Origin: Leidyana gryllorum EB-2025a
Taxonomy: Eukaryota > Protista > Apicomplexa
NCBI GenBank assembly: GCA_048772705.1
Contig: JBLWGC010000173.1
Span: 62,001-126,000, forward strand
Length of the DNA stretch: 64,000 bases
Reading direction: 5' to 3'
How positions within the stretch are numbered: the first letter of the stretch is position 1; each line of letters begins with the position of its first letter. The notes beneath the pieces are model-generated. The model saw only the letters and a list, made by a program, of their open reading frames with translations. It did not search any database and was not told where the DNA came from. The position numbers were made by a program, and so were the translations under genes. Of this stretch, positions 34,951 to 48,600 are shown piece after piece.

Positions 34951-34964
34951 CACACACGTGTGTG
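34951..34964. promoter_or_regulatory. 14-bp palindrome CACACACGTGTGTG upstream of the mucin gene
   Basis: Sits in the 53-nt gap between the Brr6-like stop and the mucin ATG at 35001. Confidence 0.5.
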
Positions 34965-35000
34965 CAGAGTAGTTCATTATGAAGGAGGTGTGAGAACACC

Positions 35001-36503
35001 ATGAAACTTGTGTGGCTATTATGGGTCTGTCTGGGGCTGATGTGTGACCCAGTCCGTGGCGAGCTCGTCGCACCCCTCGCGGCGCCCAGCGGAACCGAAG
35101 CCGCCAAAGAAGAAGCCGCTCAAGCTGAAGCAGCGAAGACTGATGCCGCGGCCGCATTGCAGAAGCAAGAAAAGGAAAAGGAGCAGATAGCGAGTCAATC
35201 GTTTCCCGCAACCACAAAGCCCATCGGCATCGATGTGTCAAAGGCCGTGTTTGAATGGCCACCCACCACCACAACTACCAAGACGCCGCTAGTGTTGCCA
35301 CGCAAGACATGGACAGAAGTGGTCTTAACCACGAATATGTTCACTGGAAGCCCTCGGACTCCCGGGACGCGAATGAATGAGTGGCCGCCTGGTGCGACTC
35401 CTGTACCTCCAGTCAAATTCAACATGAAGCAGGGCACCACAACTACGACGACTACGACGACTACGCCTAAACCAACCACTACCACCCCCACCACGACCAC
35501 TACCACCACCACAACTACAACAACTACGACAACAACAACTACAACAACTACAACAACCACCACCACTACCACCACAACCACAACGAAGGCCACCACAACT
35601 CCTAAGCCAACAACGACCACGAAGGCCACCACTACGCCGACAACCACCACGCCCACAACTACGACGACTACAACTACCACTACTACCACTCCGAGTACCA
35701 CAACTCCAACAACAACCACCACCACCACGACCACCACGCCCAGTACAACAACTACTATGCTGACGACGAATGCCACGACTACGACCACGACCCCGATGAC
35801 TACTCCGACAACTACGACAATGCCCTTGACACTCGAAACTGTGCCTACTACCACAGAGCCCCCTACAGAGCCCGTGACGATCCCTGAAGTCACCTTTCCA
35901 TTGAACACAACCACACCGCTTGTGATTCAAACCACGGAATTGAAGCTGACAACCGTCACTGTAAAGCTCCCCAAAACCCCTCCAGTGGAAGCAGACAAAG
36001 GGCTGAAGGAGCAAAAGGAGAAGAAAGAGAAGATTGCGAAAGATGAGGAGAAACATCAAAAGGCACAGAAAGCCGAGGTTCAGACAATAGTCGAAGAAGC
36101 AAAGGAAGTTCAGCGTCACCAACAGGTGGACCTCACCCCACCGACCCGCCCTCCAGAGCCTCCAATCATTGAGCAGCCCAAACCTAAAAAGGTCACCACT
36201 GTGCCACCCAAAGTGCAAGCGGTATATTTACGTGAAGCCAAAACTGTGGGGGCTGCAAATGTCAAACAAGTCAAAAGAAACGTTCGAGCCAGGCAGAGAC
36301 AAGTGAATCAAGTAGTACGAACTGCAAGACGACAAGTCGAGCATTCGCCACCAGTGAGACGACCTAAAACCATGATTTTGATAGCCGAACCAGAGTGAGT
36401 GAAGTGCGAAGAGTGATTCAGAGAAATAAGTTGCAGAGAGCCAGACATGGAAGCGGAAGAAGAAATCGTTGATGAGCTTGTGGACGCAACCTTCCCATGT
36501 TGA
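35001..36503 (+). CDS. Secreted mucin-like Thr-rich protein
   Basis: Signal peptide MKLVWLLWVCLGLMCDPVRG, a long poly-Thr tract and a charged C-terminus. A probable 42-nt intron at 36395-36436 adds an acidic tail ending FPC; the unspliced stop is at 36398. Confidence 0.85.
35437..35820 (+). repeat. Coding (ACN)n Thr-codon repeat
   Basis: Mixed ACC/ACA/ACT/ACG codons punctuated by Pro, Lys, Ala, Ser and occasional other codons. Confidence 0.9.
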
Positions 36504-36611
36504 TCTGTGAATGGGATACATCCTTTCCTTTCTTGACAGCCACGAGCTCAGCATGGTACAGTTAGCGAAACACCAATCTGTCACAGCGTACAGAGCCATC
36601 CGTCTCGTACT

Positions 36612-39600
36612 TCATGCTCTATTGATTGTGGCCACCGCATGGGCGACCTGAAGGAATTGCATCCATCCAGTCTCTGGTCCAGCACATGGAAGAAGGAAGA
36701 CCAGCTTCTGCAGCGGGCTCCCAACCTCACCGTGAACTGAGGGTGCTGATTGACGGCCTAGTGTCATGAAGCGGATGTAGTAGAGATGCGCAGTGGAACT
36801 ATCCATCGCTGGCAAGCACACAAACTCCACAGCGACGATCCGTCTCCATGGGACATGCCACTTGATACCCTTCTTGACAACAAACGCCATCTTTTGTGTG
36901 CCCATTACCAGCATTCCTGGAACTCTTTCTTTAGTCGTCGGATCCCGGCAGGCCATAGGCATAGCGAAGACGGAATTGCGGATCAAGGAGCGGCCTTTGA
37001 GTTTGGAAATGCCCAACCATCGTCCGAACATGGCCGCCGACGAAGACAGCTGTGACCAGATGCTGAACTCGTACTCGAACTGTTTCATGTAGACCAGGTC
37101 AGCCGACGCGGTCGGTCGGAAGAAGGCTCGTCTAGGACGCACCTGTGGAGATAAAGATGTCTGAGAAGATCACAGGGACTCGACGACTCACCGATTGTAG
37201 GTTTGGCACTTTAATGATGGAATGTAGCGCTCCGCTCCCAGCGAGATTGCAGCACAGGCAGCCAGCTCCCGGAACTCCACAGAGAAGTGATCCACATCCA
37301 GAAAGCGTTCCACAAGCAGTATGTTTCATGCAGGTCCCTGCTTTTGTACCACAACCAACTTGTTCGTCATCTTCAGCCTCGAAGAGATCAAATGTATTTG
37401 ACGACGATCGGCGCATGAGGGCGTTGACCTCAGAAGCTTCGCCAGCCGCGCTCTTCTGACCGATGATGCAACCCCGAATGGGTTTGATGAAGAAGTTCAT
37501 CACAGAAACTCCCAGAACAGTGGCACATGCAAAGATGCCTCGACTGAAAATAGTGATGGAGATTTAGAACTCGAGATTGCCTTACCCGCAGCCTTCAAGG
37601 GTGCTTTGTGGTTGTTCTGTTATGCCACCGCTTCGGAAGTTGGTTCTTTCTGGTGGGAACCATGAGTATCTATCACCATTCCGGGCGCCAAGCTCCATCA
37701 ATCCATACCAAGAGCCGAAGCACCGGCTCCAGCATTCCAGGGCACCAGCACAGACTCCTACGAAGCAGTGACGGATGCAGTAGCCACAGGCCATGCAAGG
37801 CTGGAGAATACGACTGCGAATTCTTCGATTCGGGTGCAGTTGTTGGAAGCGATGACGAGATCCGAAGCAGCCGACATTCAATTCCTGTTTAAAGGGGGGG
37901 GGGCAAGTTGTGAGAGAAGGAGCAGGACTGATAGTACTCACCGTTTTGGCCCTCCAAATCCCGTTGATGATGTGACGGAAGACCAGACCTGGGTTGCCGA
38001 GAAGATCGATGGCGAATAGAACTTTTCCGGTCTGTCCAACACCTTTGGTGATGTAAGGAGTGAGAATCTCAAGAGCCAGTTCGTCACTGGGCCCGGCTAA
38101 GTCTCTGTATTGCATGGCACCAAGAGAGATATTGGCATCGGAGAGCGATGCGTGCAGTTTCAGGGCAGACAGGACTGCTCGGATAACTTCAGACTGCGCT
38201 TGTTCCGATGCATCATAGACGGCTCCAGCAGTTAGATCTCCGTCAGCCGCGAGCGCAGGATCCTCATTCGCCCTGACAAATTCTCTCAGCATTCCGAGTC
38301 TATCGGTTTTGGCTTTTGCCGTAACAACGAATAGATCGGGCATACTTCCCTTGTTCTCGAAGTCGCGGAGATCGTAGACCTCGGCTGCAGTACCCGGAGT
38401 GCCGAAAGGATCGTCGTTGTCGTTCGCGTTAGTGATCATCTTTCCATTTTCGTCATATATGATTACATCAGCATTCTTCCGTTTGAGCCATCCAATTTCA
38501 GCCATGTCATCATTCGTCTCAGACTGTGTGACAGCGGGCATCTTGAGTCCTCCACTGCCGATGTTGATGTTGAGAACGAGATTGATCGTTCCGACGTCAA
38601 GCGCTGTGATGGAGACTTTGAAGAGAGCCAACTGTGTGTTGATGAGGACATCAGCGGGTCCCAAGTAAGCCTTCCATTTCTCTCCATAGACCTCGAGTTC
38701 CGACTCTTCTATGGCAGTCACGTCTCCCGTGAGCCAATCCAAGCTATAGTCTTCAAGTATAACCAGCGCTTTGTCTGCCATCATCATCATTGAGGTGATG
38801 AGTTGCAGATCGACGTTGACAGCAATTGGGGCCAACTGAACCTCACAAAGTGGTATATCCAAGAGATTGGTGGACAGAGAGGCTTTTGAGTGTGGCAGAG
38901 GCAAAGATCCTTGGAATAACACCGCTGGTGACATTTGTTTGGCAGCTTCCAATGCCTGTGCTGGCTGATCGCGGGCTAATTTCCTCCCTCTCTTGGACGG
39001 TGATTTCCCATTAGCATCTTTGTCTCCAAACTGGTGTTTGGCGGACTCCAAGAGTAACAACAGAGGTTCTTCGGTCTCGATGGCAGGTGGGAATGAGTTT
39101 TCGAGAGTCACACGTAGAGTCTCAAAGTCTGGGGGGGCCCCGAACCGAGCCAGAAGTTGTCGATCGAAGAGGTCGGGATCATTGAACACAAAGTTGGCTG
39201 GTAATTCTTCTCCGGGGAGAACCATCGTTCTCAAGTTTTCGCGTTTCTCAGCATTGAATCGGTTGACATTATCAGCGTTTCCCACATTCTGTTGTTCGAT
39301 GTTCTTGTGGAGATCGACGATCGGTCGGATGACTGTGGGATAATAAGCGCCTTTGAGTGAGTTATCTATCTGTAGCCATCCCAGCGATATGTTGAGTTTG
39401 ATAGACTCCATTCCGATCATTGAGGCAGCGATACAGATCTTGGCGGCTGCAACATAGATTAGATCTTTGAAAGCTTTGGAGTCCACCAGATCGACTCCAA
39501 GACCGGCTATCCGCAGATCAAAGCCGATATTTGAATTAGTTTCCGGAACGGTGTCGACAGTGGGATTGATAATGAAGTCTTGGGCATTCGAATTGTCACT

Positions 39601-42600
39601 GACGTGTTGCTGTGCGACAGCATTTTCATCCACCACCTCAGCCACTTGTTTGACGGGTACTTCGTAGGCATCGTCCACACTCAAATTCTTTTCAGCTTTC
39701 AGCTTTGCGTCGTCTGCGTCATCATCGGCTGTGTCGAGAGCCGCCACAGCACCCTGTTCGTTCTCTCTGAGACGTTTCTTTTCCAACATGACGTCTTTCC
39801 ATCTCCTCTTCAAGGCCTTCTCGTATCTCAGTGCAAATTCGCTCCGCACCTCGCGATTGCCAAACCGCCAAATACGGGTCATTTCGTCAACAGCAATGGG
39901 ATCGTAGCGGCAGAGAGTAACGATTTCATCCAATCGAGTCAATTTGTGTTGAGCTCTGACGTAGAGCTCGCTGACTTGGCGTCTCTTCTCGTACTCTGTG
40001 CTGACACCTCCCTGAGGTCCCGACGTTCTCCCAGCAATCGGAGATCCCACAACAGCATTCGTCTGTTGGGGTTCGTGGCCTCCGATCTGCATCGAGTTGA
40101 GTGCTTCAGTGTAATCCTCAAAAATGATCCATTTGACACCAGACAGGAAACGTAACCGTACTCGGATTGGTACGATTTTATCCTTCTTGGTGGGGATCGG
40201 TAACAATAAAAGTCTGTCGATTCGAGGTCGCCCAAGTAACTTGCGCCTCTTATCGACATCGAATTGGTTTGTCAAATCCAATAAGCGACAGCTCCCCGTC
40301 CGCTGATTTCGCCAGATACTCAGAATATCATCGCCCACATTGTCCATATGGGCCATTGCAGCCTCAATATCCTTCAAGTCAGCCGCGTTCTTTGTGCTGC
40401 CCACAATCTGCGCAAAAATGAAGTGAACATCACGAATGGGAGGATCGCAACTCACCCTCATAATGGCAGCACGGATAACTTCCCCTTGACCCTCATAGTC
40501 AGCACCGCCTTCGGCTAAGATCTGTTTCCGTCGAGCCCGAAGCACTTGTTCCCGAAGCATCTCGCCCGCTTCTTCTTTAGCTTCTTCATCTTGGGCCCGT
40601 CGACTCTTCGAAGGAGACTTGGGACTGTGTGCCATCTCGACCTCGGCAGCCTGTTCGCGGGCCGCCATCTCGCGAGCACGGGAACGAGGAACCGACGGGA
40701 TCCACAGTTCGATCTTCTTGGATCCGTTGGGTACATAAAAATTGAATGGAAGACTCATCTGAGTCAACAACGGGGTGTTGAACGTCTCATCTGTCAATAC
40801 TGTGCGCCAAAGAGTGGCAATGAATGTTACGCTGACTTGTTGAAATATATGCCTTACGATGGTCGAGAGAATCGGAATTGTCCTCAGTCGTAGAGGAAGT
40901 CTTCTGTCGGATGGCAGCGGGCTTCAAGACTTCAAAGGCTCCATCGTTCTTATGCTGTGAGACTGCGAGAGGAACACTTGCCAGATTCACAAACCGATAA
41001 TCGGGTACATCGGGATTCAGGAACCGAATCAGTCTCACACCGTTTTTAACTGTGACCGAAACTTCGGTGGAGTCAAAGTTTCCCACCGCCAATCCGTTAG
41101 ATTCTGCCGACGGATGACGTAATTGGAACACCCGCGCTGTGTTAATCTCAAACTCCGCTGACCACAGTGGAGCATCTCTGCAAGGGGGAGATGGAAGGAT
41201 ACACTCTTTGGGCGGCCGACTCACTTATTGATTTCGTTGTCTGAGCTGTTCTTCACTCCCATCTCGTTCGGTTTGACTATGACGTGATGGAACCGCTCGA
41301 CTTCCGGGATACCCGATATCTGTACTTTGATCCCACCGCCTTTGCTCTTCTTCTTCTGCGGGTGGAACTCGAGTCGGCCTCCCGGCGGCAGCGCAATGAA
41401 CGCTCCGTGGTTCACTATTTGGTCTCCGGCAAAGGTCTTCTCATAGGGGCACTCTCGCAGATACATCGGGTACGACCGGTCGTTGGCTATCAGGTAAGCG
41501 GGATAAACTTCCAAACAGGTGGTTCTCATGAAGGGCGCCGGGGCACGAGTAGCCCACAGTGACAGTGAGAGTCCAGGGGAGTTTCCAGCAGGCGGGAAGT
41601 CGAGAGGAGTCGTTGTCGACAGACTTGACACCTGAAAAAGGAACGAGAAATATTGACCGTCGAGTAGGCACAAGTGTGTGGGAGTGGGCCAAGTGTGTGG
41701 GAGTGGGCCAAGTGTGTGGGAGTGGGCTCAAGTGTGTGGGAGTGGGCCCAAGTACTTACTTTGAACGAGTTTGACGAACTGCCATCGGAGCTTCCGGCTA
41801 ATCTGCGCCATTGATTGAGAGTATCTGTGTGGACTTCTCCATAGAACCGGGCTCCCGGGACCATAGGGAAGTTCTTCTTTCTGAAGTACAGTTTGAGTTG
41901 AGTATCTTTGTGGAGGTCACAGGACACCACTGTACGTCGATGAGCTTTGAGATTGACTGAGCCGCGTCCTCGTAGCAGAAGAGGGTATGGGACTCTGTTG
42001 ATAGCCCAACAATCACTAAAGATTGTGATACTTCTCATATACGACCGCATCGGCAGCCGAACTGCGTGACGTCCTCCACCATTCTCACTTGCAGAGGCCC
42101 GACCGCTGCTGCCGACTAAGAGGAGGTTCGACGGTGCAATCTCCAAATAGACTCTGAGTTCGGTGGTCTCATCGAACATTCGAGCGTAATCGTCCATCTC
42201 GTTTTCGGCAACACTCGAGACACCGTCGTTGAACTCGCTATGTGACATTCCCGAGTTGGTGGGCTCTCTCGATACTGTTTGGCCGTCGCCTTTCTTACGT
42301 TTCTCTCGCGTCTTTCGCGCCAGAAGGATTTCCATCATCTCCGTCTCCAGCGCCTGAATGTTGGCGTTCACCGGTTGCACTGATAAGAGAGGCCCGAACG
42401 AGAACACCAAGTTGGACTCGGAGACGGGCAACAAGGCATTCTGTCCCGCCGGCACCAACACACTGCCAAACGGATCAATCTGTCGGAGGGCAGATCTCGA
42501 GAAATCCTGTTCCCTCAATGGAGAAAGGGCACTGTTCTTCAGCATTGTTTGCTCCATCGGGGCGATCGGCGTTACCCCCGGACTTCTGGCGGCAGACAAA

Positions 42601-45600
42601 AGACGGCTTTGCACCGGATTCATAGTCAAAGCACCTGCGACCTCCGGGTTAGCAGCCACCAATGCAGCAGCAGCCTCCTCCAACTTGGCCTGCGCCCGTG
42701 GCTTCATAGTGGAGATGCCAACGCTGCGAGGCAAACGATTGCAGAACTCAAAGAGGGGCGCCACATCAAACTCCCAGCATACTCCGTACCCCTCCGTGTC
42801 TCCGATGTCGGGAGACACCAACACTCCACTGACTGTGTATGTGTTCTCGGCGACCTCACGGAACGCTGAGAGCGGATTTGGGCGGGATCCGTGGCGACTG
42901 GAATTTCGTCCGCCGCCCTCTGACCTCGACGCGTGACGCTCGAGTTCAGATATCCAACTTCCGGAAGGTCCAAACGTGGTGGCACCGCCGCCTCTGCCGC
43001 CTCCGACACTCGCATTCAGGGGTCCCAGTGGTGTTCGCAAACAAAGGAGACGCGGTGGGAGGTCAATACGGCCCAATCGGCGTCGAAGGGCTGCAACGTC
43101 TCGAGACTCTCCGACCAAAGCGTGGACACTGGCCAAACTGGCATTCATACAACGAGACTGTAAGCGGGCGCGGTGATGAAATTGGTTGAAGAGACAGACT
43201 TACACTAATAATACTTCCGGTGCATTCGGGATCGAAGGCCGTGAGATAGTGAAGATCGAGAAGTTTCAATTTAGACAATAACGCGGGGACTTCGGGCTCA
43301 AACATGTGTGAGATTCCGAAACCACTGGGAGAACTGGGCGACTCGCTGTGCACAGCACTTTCGCCCTTCTCCAGAATGGCACCCGCAGTTCCGGGCATTA
43401 TGGCTCTGGCGGCACGACGGATGGCTCGGCTGTCGCAAATGGTCACTTCAGCGCTGTAAGCGAGCAGCCAATGGAGAGGGACAGTGCGGGGCCACAGAGG
43501 AGGAATAGTGGCAATTTCTGTGACAACGCCTCCCGTCTCGTGAGCGGGTTGTGTCAAAGGAGGCGTCTCGTACTCGTCTTCTCCACTGGGATTCGCTGGG
43601 AGAATCAATGTTGTAGTTCCTTCGAGCGCGGGGGTTTCGTTCAGTACTTGGCGCATAACTTTCTTCTGGTTTGGGAACCCGCCCAATACACGAGACGCCA
43701 CACCCAATCGTTCCTGTGTTCGATCCTCAGCTTCTGTCAAGTGATAAAGATTCCCGCGTTTGGTATCGGGGGCCACGACATAGTCAACCAGAGCATCAGT
43801 TCCGCTCAGGTGGTGTTGCCGCTTAATCTCTGGATCCTTTCCGCTCAGACCGATCAGTGGTGCCCGATCACTTCCGGAGCTCTTGCGCACTTTCCCGCTC
43901 CCAGTGGCCGCCATCGCAGTACTCAACTTCTGGCCAGAAGGGGGAGGCAGAGCGATCGGTGGTGGGGGTGGGGGCAGACGGAGGAAGATGGATGCGGCTT
44001 CCCGCGTGTGTAACCAGTCGTCCAATGACTGAGTCGGGAGGTCTTGGGTTAATGCCTGAGCAGCGGTCATTTGTTGCGCCAGAGTCATATGCTGAGCCGT
44101 CTGAGGTGAGGCAATGGTTCTCAGCACCAAACGCTCTCCGGGATGCATATCGGTCAGCATTGTAGGCGAACCGATAGCAGCTGAAGCGGTTCCTCCGCCG
44201 TCAGTGGTACCCGTGGGTGTGACTGACCGGGGTAACATGCGCGGTGATGGTACGGGGCTCGGCCCCTCAGTCTTCAGGAGGGAAGGCGATATGTTCACTG
44301 CCACCAAATCCTCGCGTGTCAAGTTGCGCAAAGTGTAAGGAGACGACAATGTGATTTCGTAAGTGAAGCCGCATGTGACTGAGCTACGCATACCAGCGTT
44401 GCTACCCACAAATGAATGGGATCCCGGCATTGGTCCGAGATTGCTGCTGCTCCAGGCGTAGTGTACAGCAACTTGCTCCTGTTTGGGTGTCATTCTCATC
44501 AACATTGGCACATGACGGCGTCCCTCCACCCCCTTTGCGTACGCCTTGAGGATGCGGGCGACTCCTTGACGGCCGACATTCTCCCCCCGTGAACCTCCCG
44601 GGCCACTGACCCCGGGTTCTCGGGGTACCCTTAATTTGGAGTCATGCGACCCTTTGGACCCCTGAGCCGTCCCATGACCTCTTCGACGGGGATTATTGGT
44701 GCGATTGGCATTGGGATGGCCAGCGATTATGGGTTCCACGGCAAGTCGATAGGCCTGGAGGTGGGGTCGAGGATTCGGAAGCTCAACTCTCCCGGCAGCA
44801 CGGGCGAGCAACTCTTGGTGCACGGCTCGCATCACTGACTCGCAGATCCCGAGCATCTCGTGACAGCTTCTAAAGTCAAACACATCGTTCAGAAGTCGGA
44901 TTCTAACAACAAACTCCTCTATCTCCACCTCGTCGTTCGAGGTGAGCCGCACACCCACTCCGTATGTGTCACCATTGTTCACATAGCTCCATCCTAAACC
45001 AGCGGACCCATTTGGGGTATCAATCACAGTGCCTTTGTCATTGAGTAACGACGAGGCCGAACCACCAGAGTAAGCCCCGCCCTCATCACCGCCAAAGCCG
45101 AGACGGCATATCGCGATAGGTTGGCCCAACAGATTGGTCAGCTTCAGTACCGACGTACTTTCCGACCCCTTCAAACCACCACTGCCACCAGCACCCAGCA
45201 GAGCGTCAGCCACCAAGTCCAAGACTCCACCGCCTCCACTCTTCTGCTTTTTGGAAACGAGTTCGCGTGGAAGAGCAGATGGGAATTCACTCGCACCACC
45301 ACCAGCAGACCCCATATATTCGGCTCTGGCAGCATTGTAGAAAGGAGTGCCCAGCATCTTTGTCATGGACGACAGTGTCATCTCCAATGCACTATGGACA
45401 TCGAAAGCTCCGCGAGGGCGAAGATAGAACTGAACCTGTTTGGTAGTCTCGGGCCGTATTTGAACACTCAGACATCGGTTTCTCCCAAAGAATAGTGCTC
45501 TCGCCTGATTCAGAGCCTTGTTGCCTCGAACAAAACTTGGGATTGTGGTATTCTCGATTTGGTATACGATCTTGGCCACCTGTCGCCCTCCCATAGTCTG

Positions 45601-48600
45601 AGTGCGACTCACTGTCACTGCAGCGGCTCCCTGACTGCGAGCTAACTGATAGGCTCCGTATGCAGCCGCCAATACTCTGTCGCGATAACTCCCATACGTG
45701 TTTAGTTTCAACTCATTTATGGCCTCCGGTACTCTCACAGCGACCAATTCTCGCACCAGCTGCAACAATACCTCCATCACGTGAAGACTGATGGTGAGAT
45801 TCACCCAACTGACTTCAGCCGTCACATGGGCCATACTCGTTGGCCCCTGCTGCCCACCAATGAACTGTAACATTGTCGGCTCCAACAAAAGTGTCTCAGA
45901 CTGTAGGGACGACGCCAAAGTGGGCATCTGGCTCACTTGGGTCATCGAGATGCACATTGATCCCGAAAACATTATCCACGGAATAGCCGCGTCACACCGT
46001 CGTTTGATCTCACTGATGGTCCCTCTGAACAACGAGTCCATAAAGGCGTCCTGATGCTGGTGAGTCGTGCGCGCGCCAAACATTTTGCGCCAGGCACCCT
46101 TTGCCCAGTCTTTCATCACATAATACAGCCCGTGGCGTTCCTGCTTCCTTCCTCGGTACGGGTTGCGGTCCAATGGTGAGAAGTCATAACTGACAAAACT
46201 CAACGCAATCAAGTCTGTTCCCGCCAGAATCTCCTCAAGCGGATTCAGAGCTAACCACCACGGAGCCGGGTGATTAACGCTCGAGTATGGAGTCGTCTTG
46301 AACATCAGATTCAGATTCTCAATCACTATGCTGAATAATCTCGTCCTCCCAGCCATCCCGCCGCCCAGCATACTTTCGTCGTTGAAAGCGTTACGGGCAC
46401 CGCCGACCGCTGACGAAGCCTCAGCCTCAGAGTCCCATATCTGAATGTTCACCACTTCCACTCCGACCTTCACCTCTATCCGTTGGAAAGATGTCAACAG
46501 ATTGTAATTGAACAGCGCTGGTGACAGAGTCGGAGGCACTCCCATTGTCAACAACCATTGATTGAAAGACTGAGGCTCCAAATCGGCGAAACCCGAACTG
46601 CTGGACGAGCTTTCCTCGTCTTCTTCATCACTCATCTCAGACGACCCCCCAAGACTCGTGCTGTCGTCACCCTCTCCTCCACTGGGGGCGGGAGGTTTGA
46701 CGGTCTTCTTGCCGGTAGCCGGATTCTCCTTATTATTAGCGGCCGCGGCTGCCGCCTGCTGGCCGCTCAGCGGTTCTTCCTCAGCAGCCAACTCTGCAGC
46801 CGCCGCATCCTCCACAGTTATGTTGTACTTTTTGGGCAGAGCGGCACGCTGACGCACATCCCCGAACAACACCAATCGCTCTTGACGTTCCATTTCATAA
46901 GCACCAAAGCCCCCCCCGACGGCAGACAACTTTAACAAATTCGTCAGATTGACCGGATTGACATCCATCGTGACCGGTGAGACATCAATCGATACAGAAC
47001 ACCCCTCGGGCTCCGGTGGGTCCGTCACGCCAAAGAGCCGACGCACTTCAGTAGCCTCTTGCGGACTGAACCCGTAGTATCGTTCCCAACACGCCCTCTC
47101 GGACGGTAGGGACACTCCAACACGGATATCCACATCAGTGGGCAGCAGTAAGGGGTGCATGACTCTACCGACACTAAAGTCATTGCGTGGCAGAGCATTC
47201 AGGACACTCGAAGTATCTTCCGTAAAGTTGGCCACATTAGTGCCCACCTCCCAGTGTACTCTCGGGTACCGCAATAATGTCTTGGCATAGGGCCGGACGA
47301 AATCCATGCACAGCTGTTGAGAAATGCAACGTCTCCGTCGTCAACAACACCACTCATCACTTACCGAGCCAAGATTGATCGCCACGTCCGCTTCTCCTGG
47401 GCACAGAGACCGTATCATAGGATTGGGAGCCGTAGGCGCTCTGACACATCGCTCGACCCATCTGTAAGCCTCCACGGTCCCTCGATACCGGAACAGTTTT
47501 TGGGAAGAGGACGTCTTTATGTCGTCCAAGCTGGCTCCAATATCAGATACTGAACTTATGGCATTAGTCACTTTGGGCGGGGATAAGGACTGTTGTATAC
47601 TCGAACCCGCTCCGAAATGACTCCCAACAACGGTCGGGGCCATTTCCACAAGTGCGCCGGGTGTCGCGAACTCACTGTTTTGCGATGGTGAGAGTGGTAA
47701 CACCAACATATCTTGTGAGAAGGGTTTCCGGCGTTGCAACGCATAGCCATACACTCGGACTTCGAGTCCCACTCGGAACCGCAAGGCCAAACACATTGGC
47801 AAGTTCATGCGACCCACAGTGATTCTCGATCTTCCACCACCAGGAATGTCTCTGATGGATCCAATGACGTTACGGAACTTATGAACTGCATCGTGGACCG
47901 ACTTGTGCACTTCTTTCGGGAGGGCCGCGATCGCTATTGATCTGTACAGAAACAGCAGCAGCAATATGACAACCGGTCAACACACAATAAGTCAACTTAC
48001 TTGGCCATCACCTCATCGTTGCCTCCCATAGAGCTGTCGGATTGTATCATGAAGCGACTCGTCTTGTATTGGAGTGCTCCGGATTCGACGCGGCTGACGC
48101 TTTTGTGGGCATCTCTCAGCCCGCCGCTCAGAGGTGCTCCTTTCTTGGTGACCATCAAATTATTGTCTGTGAACTTTGCTTTCTTGCTGGGCATCACTTC
48201 CGGCATTCGAATCGGTTCAACTGGAACTAAGACCTCAAAACCCGCAAGATCAACCGAGATCTCCCACTTGGGGATCAGACGTCGTTGCATCGGGTTCAGT
48301 GGATCGATCGGAGACACCAATTTGTTGATGGGATCGTTTGGATCGCCAGCCAAGAAGTCTTTGGACGTCATGTGCCTCGCAATCACTGGTTCGAAACTCG
48401 CGGGCAGTTGAGCGACGGTGGCTGGCAGAGTCGGAGTCAATGGCATCAGGATCATCATCTGAGCCACAAACGCCATCAGCTCGTCAACTACCTCCATTGC
48501 CAGAGTCAACCGCACTGGGGTCATTTCGACGTTGCATTTCATCGTCTCCATGGTGGTCAGGTTGCCACTCAGCGATACACCAATGTGCGGCAACGATCTT

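Noticed and set aside
35195-36218. Poly-Val and Cys/Gly/Arg-rich long ORFs on the minus strand (also 18705-18896)
   Set aside because: These are antisense read-outs of Thr-codon repeats.
41671-41753. CRISPR-like or coding repeat (the ORF track reads HSHTL repeats)
   Set aside because: The units are tandem with no unique spacers and lie between a GT donor and an AG acceptor in a eukaryotic gene.
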